This document shows positions 26,191-39,255 of a stretch of 64,000 bases of DNA, one piece after another. Origin of the DNA: Octopus sinensis (lineage: Eukaryota); NCBI RefSeq assembly GCF_006345805.1, contig NC_043014.1, positions 26,846,001-26,910,000 on the forward strand. The letters run 5' to 3'. Below the pieces are notes generated by a model. That model was not told the origin of the DNA, did not search any database, and saw nothing but the letters and a program-made list of their open reading frames with translations. Positions within the stretch are counted from its first letter, which is position 1, and each line of letters starts with the position of its first letter. The position numbers were made by a program, and so were the translations under genes.

Positions 26191-26999
26191 GGAAAGGGAC
26201 GTGGGAGAAAACATGGGAAAGAGTGATGGTATTCAGCACCTGAAAAGACGGTTTCAGTGGTCACTTGATAACAGACATGTTACATCAGTTGTTATCGCTT
26301 TAACCTATCATCATTCAAACATGTTAAAATTGTTTCCCCTTTTGGGGGTGAGTATAATGTAAGTATATATATATGTATATATATATGTAGGTAGGTAGGT
26401 GGTTTGTTAACTTCCTAATATAAGTATCATACACATGCAGTAGTTGGTGGCAGGGAAGGAAGGACGAAGGTATGCAAATCTTGAAGTACGGAAGTGAGGC
26501 TTAGTCCTGTAAGGGTTTCCAGTTTTGAGAACAAATTTCCAGTGAAGGTGTTGGGGGCAAGAGTGGATGGGCGCATTGCAGACAAGCAATGGCCATTTTT
26601 ACTTGGGAACAATGACAAAAACATTATAAAGCTGGGAGAGAAAACTAATGTTTTAGGGAATAGTACATGTTAGTATTATGAGTTAGATGAATGAAGTGAT
26701 TGAAATGAGAGAAAATACACCTCGCCAGTTTACTAGAGAACAATGATGAAAACATTATGAAACAGGGAGAGAAAACTAAGGTTTTAGGGAATAGTACAGG
26801 TTAGTATTATGGGTTGACTGAATGAATGAAGCAATTAAAATGAGAGGAAATTTTTTTTAGCTTAGCTGTGCATATGTGCTAGTACCACATTAAAAGTATT
26901 GGTGCTGGTGCCACATAAAAAGCACCCAGAACACTGTAAAGTGGTTGGTGTTAGGAAGGGCATCCAGCCATAGAAATCATGCCAGAACAGACAATGAAT

Positions 27000-28092
27000 A
27001 TGTCCAAACTATCATCCCAGTATGAGCCAATACTATGGGTTGGGAACTTAGTATTTAATAATATGGAGAACTTAAAAATCACAAGTATCTGCACTGTCAT
27101 ACAATCTCATTAATGCATCAAACAATTCATCCGTATCAGATTTTTTAACCCATGCAGAGCTCTTACTGAATACAAGGATGTTTTTGCTCATGCTTGATAA
27201 AGTTCAGGTCTGTGTGGTCAATTTTGAAACCTCCTTTTGTGAACTCAGTTACCTTGTCCAGCAACAATCTCGATATCAAGGGATAAATATCCGCAATATC
27301 AAACTGAAAATCTAGCTTTATGCTTATCCTTTTAATTCCTAAATCAATCTATGACAAGGCTGCTATTTCTTAGTATTTCTTTTGCTCCTAAACCTATTTC
27401 AGTTCTTGCTGGGTTTAAAAGTTTACGAGTGAACTTATTACTGAAAATGGGTTTGTTATCTTTTAAAGTTACAACAGTCTCATGTTTAGCTAAGCATTCT
27501 AACCTATCAACAATTTTACTTCATACAGAAATTTATCCTCATCGTTAATATTGTTGTATCTATCTATGTGAGCTATCCTATATTTAGTAGAAATGATGTC
27601 ATGCAGCAATTTTTCATATAGATCACTATTGACTTCAAACAGATTATTGGTCTGCTCAGAAAATATGCCCACTCCCAGTTTTAACCATTGAGACCCTGAA
27701 GCTTGCCTTCTTGATCGAGCATGTTTGATAAACACAGTTGTTTATGAAGCCAAAGTTACAGCAGTGTTCCAAAATAACATAACTGAGAAGAAAAATTACA
27801 TTGATTTATGCAAAAGCAATTCTGAAAGCCATTATGCACCCCACTAGTCTTCTTTCTAACACATTGATAAAAATAAAGCCACTAAGTTGGCTGACTATGT
27901 GTGGGATCTGAAAACCAACTGCACTCTACATACAATCAAGTGGAGAACCCTGGAAAAATTTACACCATATATAAATGGATCAAAGAGCTGCAAGATCACA
28001 CATTCTTTTTTTAAGTGCAAGAATTCCACCACACTACTTAATTCCAGGTTCAAAATTTTTAGCTAATGCAAGCACATGAATAAATTTCTTTT
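27000..28092. mobile_element. Penelope-like element (Naiad-type RT and GIY-YIG) with internal inversion
   Basis: The minus strand 27730-27000 reads VTLKDNK...LLNPARTEIG...QFDIADIYP...AWVKKS...FD. The plus strand 27730-28092 reads VVYEAKV...NYI...TKLADYVWDLK...IKWR...LLNSR...CKHMNKFLL. Confidence 0.8.
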
Positions 28093-28543
28093 GTCAAACT
28101 GAAGGACATCACCCACTCCAGATCGAGTAGCTGTCTCATAGACTTTGCCCTCCTGTTATAGTATTCTGCACCAGATAAATTAACTATGATTCCTACTGTC
28201 AAAGAGGAATATCTTAGTTTGCTTGTCTTTTCTTTTCTTTCACCTCATTCTATTTTTTGCATCCTCTCTACCTATCAATTTCTATACATGGAATGAACTG
28301 TTCTACCTAATGGAAAATAGTTACAATAGTATGTGTATAGTATAGGCATGCTGTCTGTATAATCTTGACCATTTTTAATATAGTCATGTAAGTAGATAGT
28401 GTATAAAGTGTTTGTACTTATATTTGTGTATGATAAATATTCTAAAAATATCTGTATAAAGTGTTTGTACTTATGTGTACAGACACATATTCTAAATCTT
28501 TCTATATATGAAGAGAGTGTATTTAGAAAAGAAAATCAAGAAT

Positions 28544-28790
28544 GAGAGATTGTTAATAAAATATTTAATTATACTATCCATTTCATTAGTATAAGGTAAT
28601 TGTTACATAATGCAAACTTACAAGTTACATAATCCACACTTGCTGCCTAATCATCAGAGATGTGTAATTATTACACATAATATTGTTGTAGAGAACAGGT
28701 CACATTAACTTGTAATTTCATTTGACTAATAATATTGTGCTAATGAAATATGTAAGATGGTATAGTTAAATATTTTATTAACAATCTCTC
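28544..28790. repeat. Inverted repeat (about 46/51-bp arms) enclosing a minus-strand hammerhead-like motif
   Basis: 28544-28589 is the reverse complement of 28740-28790 apart from a small indel. The minus strand reads CTGATGA-TTAG...CTAA-T-GAAA (28657 to 28579). Confidence 0.65.
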
Positions 28791-29428
28791 CTGTTCTGTT
28801 TTCTTTTCTAAGTATACTCTGTGGAACACACAGAAGCAGACTTAACATCAAGGGATGAAATTACAATACATGAACTGAAATTCACCTGATATTCTTAATA
28901 TTGATTATTTATCAAACAATTTAAAGTTTAAATTACATTATATGAATATGTTAATATACACACACATACATCATTGTTCTCTTTAGGCAAGTAGATTTGC
29001 AGAATTAATGGTGCAGTGGATAAAATGTACATTTATTTAGTTATGGCCCTTGATGTTCTTGCCCACATCACATTTGTCATTCAGCCTTTCGGAGTTAATA
29101 CAGTATCAGTCAAGTCTTGGGTGTTGTTTTAGTAATTTTTGTCCCTTCCCTACAAATTTTTAACCTAGATGTGAATGAAATTGTAATAGAAGTCTAAGAT
29201 CATTCTTCAGCTGATCTAATTTTTGTAGGGGTTGAACAGGTCTACAGCACATCATGTTTCTTCTCCTCTTAGTATTGCATCATTATTATCTGAGCCTCAG
29301 CATCTCAGTAGATGGCCTTATCACTTCTTCCTGTGACTTCATAGGTTACCTTCCTTCAACCATCAGACCACAGCTCATTTTCATTCAGTTATCATCTTTT
29401 GTTGGCATCACATGTCCATAACAATGAT

Positions 29429-29489
<61 letters not shown>

Positions 29490-30511
29490 AGCCTGCAACT
29501 CTCTTTAAAATGTTATGGATGCATTGGCTATTAGCATCCTTAACCCTAACCTGAAAAATAAGTTCATTTGGTCATGACTGAAATGCCTTTGACCAATGAT
29601 CAGCTGGGGTTAAACAACAAAGCCAACATTATGTGTATATATGTATTGGTTGTAAATAGGTCTCCATTGGTTTCAACTATAAGTATTTAGTTGTGTGGTC
29701 AACTGGACTGCTCATTAAATTAGTAAGTGACTGAGTTTTCCACAGGTATGTATACCCCTTAATGCAGTTGTCAAGCAGAATGGAGTGAATTACTAGTGCA
29801 ATATATCCGATGGGCTTCCTGACAGTTTGCATCTGTCTAATTTCACTCAAAAGGAATAGGTCGACCCAAATCTATTGTCAAAGATACTTGCCCAAAGCAC
29901 TAAACTTTCGGACTCTACCCAGAATTTTGGGACTGTGAAGCTAACTTCTTAAATCATTTTGGAATGCTATTCCCCTGTCTACCCCCTTTCATTAGTGGAA
30001 TCTCTGCCCATAGAGTATAACTATGGGAAGGATTGTTGTATACTTGGCAGCAGTGTACAACACAGTCTAAATAGAATTTAAATACAATAGCCAGAGAGAG
30101 TGAACAAAAGAAGCTAATGAAACATCTGTTTGTTAATTATTTAATACTCCCTTAAGATTTATGTCAGTTTGCTGTAAACACAGCACATTGAGAAGATATT
30201 TACCCTTCAGCCATTTGGCTATATAGCTGCCACCTTAAACAACAGCGTCAGGCTAACCTGACTTCTGAACAATGAAAACATTATAAAGAATAAAATGAGG
30301 GGAAAGGTGGAAACACACACTCAGAAGAAGACTGGGAAAGAAGTGAAGACTGATCTTGTGTTCCTTATGAATGAAATGATAAAGGACTGCTGGAGAAGAT
30401 CCATCCAACCTATGCAAGCAATACAATAAAGAAAATTATGTAAAATGATGAAATTGCCTTATAGCGCACATTGTTTATCAGTTTCTGAAGTTGTTTTGTA
30501 ATTGTTCACAG

Positions 30512-30594
30512 AAATTAATGAAAATTGATGATTTAGAGCGTACTGGCAAGAGAGAAGATGAGACGTCTGTAGGAGATGAAGAAATGGCAAACAG
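30512..30594 (+). CDS. MPHOSPH6: MPP6 coding exon 4 (83 nt)
   Basis: cacag|KLMKIDDLERTGKREDETSVGDEEMAN-ag|gtaaaa compares with human KLM...DVSDEEMARR; splice phases are consistent. Confidence 0.93.
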
Positions 30595-32104
30595 GTAAAA
30601 CTTTTCCTTATCTATTAAGGTTTGGAGATAATTCTTTTGTACATTCATAAATTGTGACTACTTCTTCACAACCATTTGTTACTATTCCCTGCTGGTATAG
30701 TGATCAATCCAATGCATTCAGTTATCAAACCATTGGTGGATAAAAGTTTCAACATGCCAACACCAGCTTTTCTGTGCTACCTATAGGTGTTCTTGTCCAT
30801 GCTGGCTAATTGCTGGTTGGATGGGGTGTTCTCATAGGTGATAAGCTCTGGCATTAGCATCTATGTGGAATTTGAACTAGGAATGCAAAGCAGCAGAACA
30901 GAACAGGTATTTCATTCAACACAAAAGTTTCTACTCAGAGTTTGGTCTTAGTGGGATTTGAAATCAGAACATTCATAATAGATGGTATAAATAACTGAGT
31001 ATGTTCTGTGTTGGGCTCATTTATTTTAGATGATTGTCCTGCTCAGTCTGAATGAGCATTTACATTTTTATGGGCTAAATTCTGAAACTTTTTAATAGAT
31101 TTAACCAAGGTCAGGTCTCTTGTGCATAAATGTCATACCTCTTCCTATCTACTAAAGCCTTAATACTAGGACATTCTAGTAGTTACACTCAAACTAGATA
31201 TATGTATGTAGTGTTGGCAGCTGTGGGGATGGTGATGGCATAAAAGTGGAAGAAATACCTGGCTGTAGTTCGAGGATCTACTTTATATTTCATCTGGTCT
31301 CAAGGTTGAGAAAATGTCTCTCAATTTCTTGGGTTGCTATAATTTTTCTATCTTTCCATAATTAATGGCTCTATGTAACCCGTGCTAAGATGAGAAGAGA
31401 GATGAAAAAAATGGTGATTATAGCAATGTTGGAAATCATTGTTAGCAACCTCAGTAGATACAGATGTGGCTGCGTTGTTAAGAAGCTTGCTTTGCAACCA
31501 TGTATGTTAGTTCAGTCCTACTGCATTGCACCTTGGGTAAGTGTCTTCTATTATAGCCTAAGTTGAGCCAAGAATGAATTTGGTTGACAAAAACAGAAAG
31601 AAGCCTGTAATTTGTATGCATATTCTTGTTTCTTTATCTTGGTATTGAAAGGTAGTTGTAAATGTCATACAAACAGTGTTATTCGTCTCCTGTTTCCTGT
31701 GAAAAATGTCTGGCCATAAGAAAATATTACCTTACTGGAAACAGTAAGGGTGTCTAGCCATAGAAAGTCTGCTTCAATAAACTCCATCCAACCCATGCAA
31801 GCATGGAAAAGTGGATGTCAAGAATAGCAATGATGAACATTACCATTACCAACAATGTCTTAAGAAAACCTCTATATAGTTATCAACCTGCTAGAAACAG
31901 CAACCAAATCTCCCTCAAACTTCATATCTTAAATAATAAAAGAATGCATTTGATAGTGTAGTCCTAGATCCTCTTTCAAAAATGAGTTGCTCATTTTAGA
32001 CTGATTAAAACAATGCTGAATGAAACAGTGAAACAATGTTGTAGAGATTTGTCAAAATAGGAAATGAGAAATTTATAAAATCTGGAATTTTCATGGATCT
32101 CATT

Positions 32105-32324
32105 CCCTTTTGATACCATCCTGCCTGAAGCCACCCTTGGGTTTATGACACAGACTCTTTGTTTCAAAGCGATTTAAATTAAAATCACCAATTGAAATTT
32201 CATGTCAATTTATGTTCCAAACACCAGCCTAATAAGGATGTTTTTTTACTAAATTCTTTGTTGTTTTCAAAATTAATTGAAACAAAAGACTGTGTATTTC
32301 AGCTGAAATATGGCAAGAGAAGGG
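32105..32324. mobile_element. piggyBac-like MITE of a second family (related copy at about 39765-39970)
   Basis: ccctttgatacc...gaaggg|ttaa, with shared internal sequence (aattaattgaaac...tgtgtatttca). Confidence 0.6.
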
Positions 32325-33147
32325 TTAACAATTTTCTTAACACTGAGCATATCAGAGATAAAGTCCCACCTTTTTTATATATATTTAGTCTGAGGAAGGG
32401 GTGGGGTAGTGTGCATGATACTTGCAACTTGAGATTTAATGAGTTTAATGAGTTTGAACATCTACAAATCAATATGTGCATTAAAAACATATACATAGGG
32501 AACTGGAGGTCAAATCTGAAGCTTGCAACAGTGACCACTGCTAAAAGCATCTCAAGGGCTGTGTAACCTGTCTGTTCCATGTTTGCTAGACTTTTAGCCA
32601 GCTAGGCAAGGCATGGGGCCCTGTTAACTCAATGACTATTTCAGTCATAATTGAGTACTCACTAGTAAGAGAAGTGCTTCCAGCTATAAAATGTGACTGT
32701 ACCAAGGAGAGAATCTGCTAGAAATAGTGACCAAACCTTCCTCCAATTACACCAAAGTGTTTTAAGAAAGACTCATTGGTTAATGTAGTCTGGAAGCAAA
32801 AAACAGCATGTTCAGTGCTAGAATGCCTTTGATAGTTGGTAAATTTGTATGGGCTGGATTTTAAAATAATATTTAAAATCATGGAAAAGTGTTTGTCAAA
32901 CTTGAGCTGATTAAAGAGCTTCTACATTTTCATACCACCAATTATAAATTCCAACTGAATACTGTCAAATCAAAGCCTACCATCATAAAATAAAGAGGCA
33001 ATTATATAAAAAACAGATTTATTAATACTGAAATGCATTTGATCATAGGATTACTGTCAAAGCTAAGTTAAGCAACATGTATAATATAATGCAAAGTAAT
33101 ATGTGAGCATCTTAATTATGTCTCCTTAATTACTTCTTTTTTTGCAG

Positions 33148-33277
33148 GTTCTCACAGATTGTTCACTCAGGGAATCTAAAGAGACATGGTTATGCAGAGG
33201 ATTTGTTAGCATCTAATTCTGGTCCTGTTCCTAGAAAGAGATTCAAACGAAAATTTCTAAAACCTCTTGATATATAG
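33148..33277 (+). CDS. MPHOSPH6: MPP6 terminal coding exon 5 (130 nt including TAG)
   Basis: tttgcag|g-FSQIVHSGNLKRHGYAEDLLASNSGPVPRKRFKRKFLKPLDI*, with C-terminal FLKP as in human FLKPQD. Total CDS is 57+113+91+83+130=474 nt, or 157 aa plus stop. Confidence 0.92.
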
Positions 33278-33630
33278 ATGTATATATTTTTTAATTTTTT
33301 TTCAAATCTTCCATTTTTTAAAAACATATTTAAACCATGTGTGTGTGTATACACACACACATACAAATAATGATACATACCTGCATATATACATGCACAT
33401 ACATTGTCTTTTTCATTACACACTACCCTTGCACCTTATAATTAATGTGTGTGCTAATTTTGGTGTCTTATTTTAAAAGAAATTTTAGAAGAATGCCTAC
33501 AACATTTATTGATAGGATGCTTGACACTAATAGTCAAAATTATAAAATTTCTTTTGACATTCAGGCAAAACTAATTTTATAAATTTGACTGTACTACACA
33601 CGCACGCAATTTTTCGCCTAGTGTTGACAG

Positions 33631-33757
33631 TACATATTAGAGGGAAACCACTATGTGGACACCCTTATGCTAGAAATAGATCTGCTAAGGAATAAGACCA
33701 TAGTGGATCTATTTCTAGCATAAGGGTGTCTACATAGTGGTTTCCCTCTAATATGTA
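33631..33757. repeat. Near-perfect 127-nt hairpin (52-bp arms) 354 bp downstream of the MPP6 stop codon
   Basis: TACATATTAGAGGGAAACCACTATGTGGACACCCTTATGCTAGAAATAGATC pairs with 33706-33757 with a single G-T pair; the spacer is 23 nt. Confidence 0.92.
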
Positions 33758-33865
33758 TATAATACAATTTTACTGAACCTTCAGTTATTTTATATGCTAG
33801 ACCACTGGTGTGAAATTGATGTTAATTAAATTAATATCTAATTTCTCACCCTCATTTTAAATTTG

Positions 33866-33902
<37 letters not shown>

Positions 33903-35175
33903 GTATATTACACACATACACAAATTACACCTGGTAGTGTTGACAGAATACAGACTACCTGTAGGAAGGGACCACAAATTAAACTGTATGTAATATATAC
34001 TATGTGTGTGTCCATATATACTTGCACACTCAAGTGTTCACATGCACACCTTTATTATTAGTTCATCCAACATTGTCGACAAGGACATCACATGGGAGAA
34101 GAAGATGGGTCACAGTGTCTCCTGCTCTGGCCGATCAGTTCAATACATGCTCGGAAGGTTCTGCTACAGGTTGGGCACAAACGGTCAGACAAGGACTTAT
34201 ACAGATTGTGGGATTTTTTGTACCCCTGCAATTCTGTTCTGTTCATAAGAGGCTGAACCTCTGTTAGTGCAGCTTTGTCAAGCAGGGCAGTCTTATCTTA
34301 GACACAAAGGTCTTGGCAACATCTATGAAGGCTGCACTCTCAGAATCACTGTGGTTGGTGGCTAAGGTGATGAGAATAGCATCCTTTTCAGTGTTAGAGT
34401 CAAAGTTCCCATACTGTGGCTGAAAAGAAAGAGAGGATATTAATGTTTGGGCTACTTATGGCTCTTAAATGTTTTGTCCTCAAATAACCTATGCACCCTG
34501 TATACATATACAATGAGTTTATTTCAGTTTCCGTCAGCCAAATCCACTCACTTTGCTTAGCTTAGGGCTATAGTGGAGGACACCCAACTTGCCATGCAAT
34601 GGAACTGAACCACAGATCACTTGGTTACACAGCAAACTTATCAACCACGCAGCTACATATATATATATCGATTTGTGTGTATGTGCATGTTTGACTGCTT
34701 AATCAAGTTTGCTCCTCTTCTACATGGTTTTGGGTTCAATCCTACTTTGTGACACCTTAACCCATTAAGCTACACTGTCCTATAAATAGGACACTAAATA
34801 AGAACATTAAATAAGCTATATGACAGTGTCTCAGTGTCCTATTTATAGGACACCAAGTATTTCCATTTCTACTTGAAGTAAAGGAGTTTTAATAATTATT
34901 TTTTTCATTTTAACCTATTTTCAATCATCTGTAAAAATTTAAAAGTAATATTCAGAAATTTAAGTATTCTGGGACTTACTTGGTTAAACAAGTGTCTTCT
35001 ACTATAACCATGAGACAATCAAAGCCTTGGGAGTGGATTTGGTAAACAGAAACTGAAAGAAGCCCTTTGTCACTAACCTTGGCCCTGGCACTGCAATCAT
35101 CTCCCTTCCACCACACCCCCACACTCTTTACATTTTTCTTGCCACTGACTACCTGCTTCCTCCACCTTCCCTTGT

Positions 35176-35421
35176 AACATATATATATATATATATATAT
35201 ATATCTGTGTGTGTGTATGTGTATATACGTATGTATGTATGTATATATTTATATATGTATGTATATATGTATGTATGTATATATTTATATATATATATAT
35301 GTATGTATGTATATATTTATATATGTATGTATGTATGTATATATATATTTATATATGTATGTATGTATGTATATATATATTTATATATGTATGTATGTAT
35401 GTATATATTTATATATATATG

Positions 35422-35471
<50 letters not shown>

Positions 35472-36068
35472 AAAGAAGCCCATTGTATATTTATATATAT
35501 ATGTTTGTGTGTCTGTGTTAGTTCCCCCCCCCCCCGACATTGCTTGACAACCGATGGTGGTGTGTTTATGTCCCTGTAACTTAGCAGTTCGGCAAAAGAG
35601 ACCGATTGAATAAGTACTAGGCTTACAAAGAATAAATCCTGGAGTTGATTTGCTCAATTAAAGGTGGTGCTCCAGCATGGCTGCAGTCAAATGACTGATA
35701 CAAGTAAAAGAGAAAGAGACATGTATGTATATATATATATATGCATGTATATATATATATAGATATATATATATGTATATATATATGCATGTATATATAT
35801 ATATAGATATATATATATATGTATATATATATGCATGTGTATATATATATGCATGTGTATATATATGCATGTGTATATATATATGCATATATATATGTAT
35901 ATATATATGCATGTATATATATATATATATATATAGATATATATATATGTATATATATATGCATGTGTATATATATATGCATGTGTATATATATATGCAT
36001 ATATATGTGTATATATATATATATACATATATATACATATATATATGTGTGTGTGTGTGTCTGTGTAT
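35176..36068. repeat. Compound TA/TATG/TGCA microsatellites flanking a SINE 3' half (about 35510-35715)
   Basis: Seen directly in the sequence; source of the overlapping I/Y/M/C-rich ORFs. Confidence 0.95.
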
Positions 36069-36964
36069 ATACTAGCTCGTGTACCTGGTAATTCCTGGGG
36101 CTAAAGATGTTCTATTGAAACGCCTTATTACTCTGAAATAAGAAAGCAATTTTGTTAATTGCCACAAAAGGTGCATTTTCTGTCATGGAAAATTACAAAA
36201 ACTGTCATCTGGAGAAGGGAGAGATTGTTGGAGGCTGGTGAATCATCTACAGTCACGGAGAAAGTGTAACTGTAAAAATGCAGAATTATCAGAGTAATGG
36301 GCAATCAAAAAAGTATGTATAGAAATGTATGAAGTGCAATAATAATGTTTAGCAGTTCAAAACTGAGTCGTGAGTTGCAGTGTTAGGTCGGCTGATTGTG
36401 AAAATCAAATATTGATTGCTTTGCTAAAAACTGCAGGTGGTATGGGTTGTTTAAATAAAATATGTAGATAGGAAGATCCATTGGTTGGGCCCTATTATCA
36501 ATTTTTCTCAACAATCTAAGTATGTCATGAGGTTTCCAGACATGTCAAATAAAGTTTTAAAAAAAGTGATATTGTCTGCAAAAATTAGAAATTGGACACA
36601 CAAAAAAATCAATATTCAAACTAATCAAACATAAAAAGGAAATGGGTTATTTCCCTTGAGTGTTTAAAAAAATATATTTTTCAGGCGGTATAGGTTATTT
36701 CCCTTGGGTGTTACATGAGGTAGATATATAGGTCCCTTTCTGGGGCAGTATTATCAATTTTTTTTAACAATCTAAGTATGTCATGAGGTTTCCAGACCTG
36801 ACTTCTACTCACATGTCAAGTTTCATCAAAATTGATAAAACGGTGTAGGAGGATTTAGATAACAATGTCACAAACTAAAACACACCAATTTTCCAAATAT
36901 GTAGTAGATATATATATATGTGTATATATATGTATGTATAAATATATGTGTGTGTATATATATA

Positions 36965-37003
<39 letters not shown>

Positions 37004-37019
37004 ATATACATATTTATGT

Positions 37020-37735
37020 CATCATCATCGTTTAACGTCCGGTTTCCATGCTAGCATGGGTTGGACAGTTCGATCGGGGTCTGGGAAGCCAAGAGTCTGC
37101 ACCAGGCACCAGTCTGATCTGACAGTGTTTCTACAGCTGGATGCCCTTCCTAACGCCAACCACTCCGTGAGTGTAGTGGGTGCTTTTTACATACCACTGG
37201 CACAGGGGCCTGTGGAGGCTGGCAAACGGCCACAATCGGATGGTGCTTTTACGTGTAACCAGCACAGGTATCTTAACTACAATTTCCATTTGATTTTCAT
37301 TTTGATTTTGCTGTTAACATACTTGACTCAATAGTTCTCCTTAAGAACAGCGGGTCACTCTACAATCCAAAGTTAGCACAGCAGGCTGTCTTGCAAGCCA
37401 TGAACTCACTTCATTTGTTGGGTCTTCAAAGTCACAGCTATCTCCAGAGGTCTCAGTCTTTCGTCATAGCCTCTGTTATGCTCAACGTACAAAGGTCATG
37501 TTTGACCACCTTGTCCCATGTCTCCCTGGGTCTACCTCTACCCTGGATTCCTTCAACCATTTAGGAGTGGCACTTCTTCACACATCTCTCCTCATCCATC
37601 CGTAGTACATGACCATACCAACGCAAACATCTCTCCTGCACGTTGCATCCGATGCTTCTTGTGCCCAACATTTCTCTCAGGGCGCTTATGCTCTGTCATG
37701 CATGGACACTGACATTACACATCCAGCAGATTATG
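37020..37735 (-). mobile_element. RTE-clade LINE 3' fragment
   Basis: The minus strand reads WMCNVSVHA...; it shows the shared RTE 3' module (rc of ttggcgttaggaagggcatccagc) and a (CAT)n tail. Confidence 0.85.
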
Positions 37736-38303
37736 CTTATGTATATATATATATATATATCTATGTAAGTATATCTATATATATGTGTGTATATATATAT
37801 ATATGTGTATATATATATATGTGTATATATATATATATATATGTGTATATATATATATATATGTGTATATATATATATGTGTATATATATATGTGTATAT
37901 ATATATGTGTATATATATATATGTGTATATATATATATGTGTGATATATATATATGTGTATATATATATATGTGTAGATATATATATGTGTATATATTTA
38001 TATATGTGTATATATATATATATATGTGTGTGTATATATATATGTGTGTATATATATATGTGTGTATATATATATATGTGTATATATATATATATATATG
38101 TGTATATATATATATGTGTATATATATATATGTGTATATATATATATGTGTATATATATATATGTGTATATATATATATGTGTATATATATATATGTGTA
38201 TATATATATATGTGTATATATATATGTGTATATATATATATGTGTATATATATATATGTGTATATATATATATATGTGTATATATATATATGTGTATAAT
38301 ATA

Positions 38304-38337
<34 letters not shown>

Positions 38338-38390
38338 TATATATATGTATATATATATATATATATATGTGTATAATATATATATGTATG

Positions 38391-38425
<35 letters not shown>

Positions 38426-38855
38426 TGTATATATATATGTATATATATATATATATAGTGTATATATATATATGTGTGTATATATATATATATATATGTT
38501 GTATATATATATATATATGTGTATATATATATATGTGTATTATATATATGTGTGTATATATATATGTGTGTATATATATATATGTGTGTGTATATATATA
38601 TGTGTGTATATATATATATATATGTGTGTATATATACATATATATATGTATATATACATATTATATATACATATATATGTATATATACATATATATATGT
38701 ATATATACATATATATATATACATATATATATATGTATATATACATAGATATATATACATATATATGTATATATACATATATATATGTATATATATATAT
38801 ATATATACATATATATACATAGATATATATACATATATATGTATATATACATATA

Positions 38856-38902
<47 letters not shown>

Positions 38903-38955
38903 GTATATATACATATATATATGTATATATATATATATATAACATATATATATAT

Positions 38956-39029
<74 letters not shown>

Positions 39030-39085
39030 ATATATATATATATATATAATATATATATATATATTATATATATACACACACACAC
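37736..39085. repeat. About 1.35-kb interrupted (TA)n microsatellite
   Basis: Seen directly in the sequence. Confidence 0.97.
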
Positions 39086-39160
39086 AGATTGAAGGTAGAA
39101 TCAGTAGTGTGTCAAACAAAATACCTTGTAAAATTTGATTATGTCCCTTTACATTCTGAT

Positions 39161-39255
39161 TCAAGTATTGCTCATTTGCATTTTTTCATTCTTCCTTGGA
39201 AGAAATGAATCTATTTCCTTGTCGATGTCACTCCAGTATAGTCCCAATTCGATAA
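39161..39255 (-). CDS. Candidate TBC-like gene terminal exon (95 nt including TGA)
   Basis: Strong acceptor tttttcttttccttaattttag|[32 protein letters not shown]. Phase 1 matches the preceding candidate exon. Confidence 0.5.

Noticed and set aside
27730-28092. Possible selenocysteine recoding, reported for some Naiad PLEs
   Set aside because: The in-frame stops seen here are TAG or TAA, not TGA at cysteine positions, the CxxC region is partly deleted, and no SECIS could be identified by eye.
32192-32566. 124-aa ORF
   Set aside because: The first half lies in a piggyBac-like MITE found elsewhere in the window and there are no protein motifs.
35207-39164. Many long overlapping ORFs rich in I/Y/M/C/V/H/T, up to 443 aa
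   Set aside because: They are translations of TA/TATG microsatellites that lack stop codons, open in several frames on both strands. The same applies at 59849-60600.
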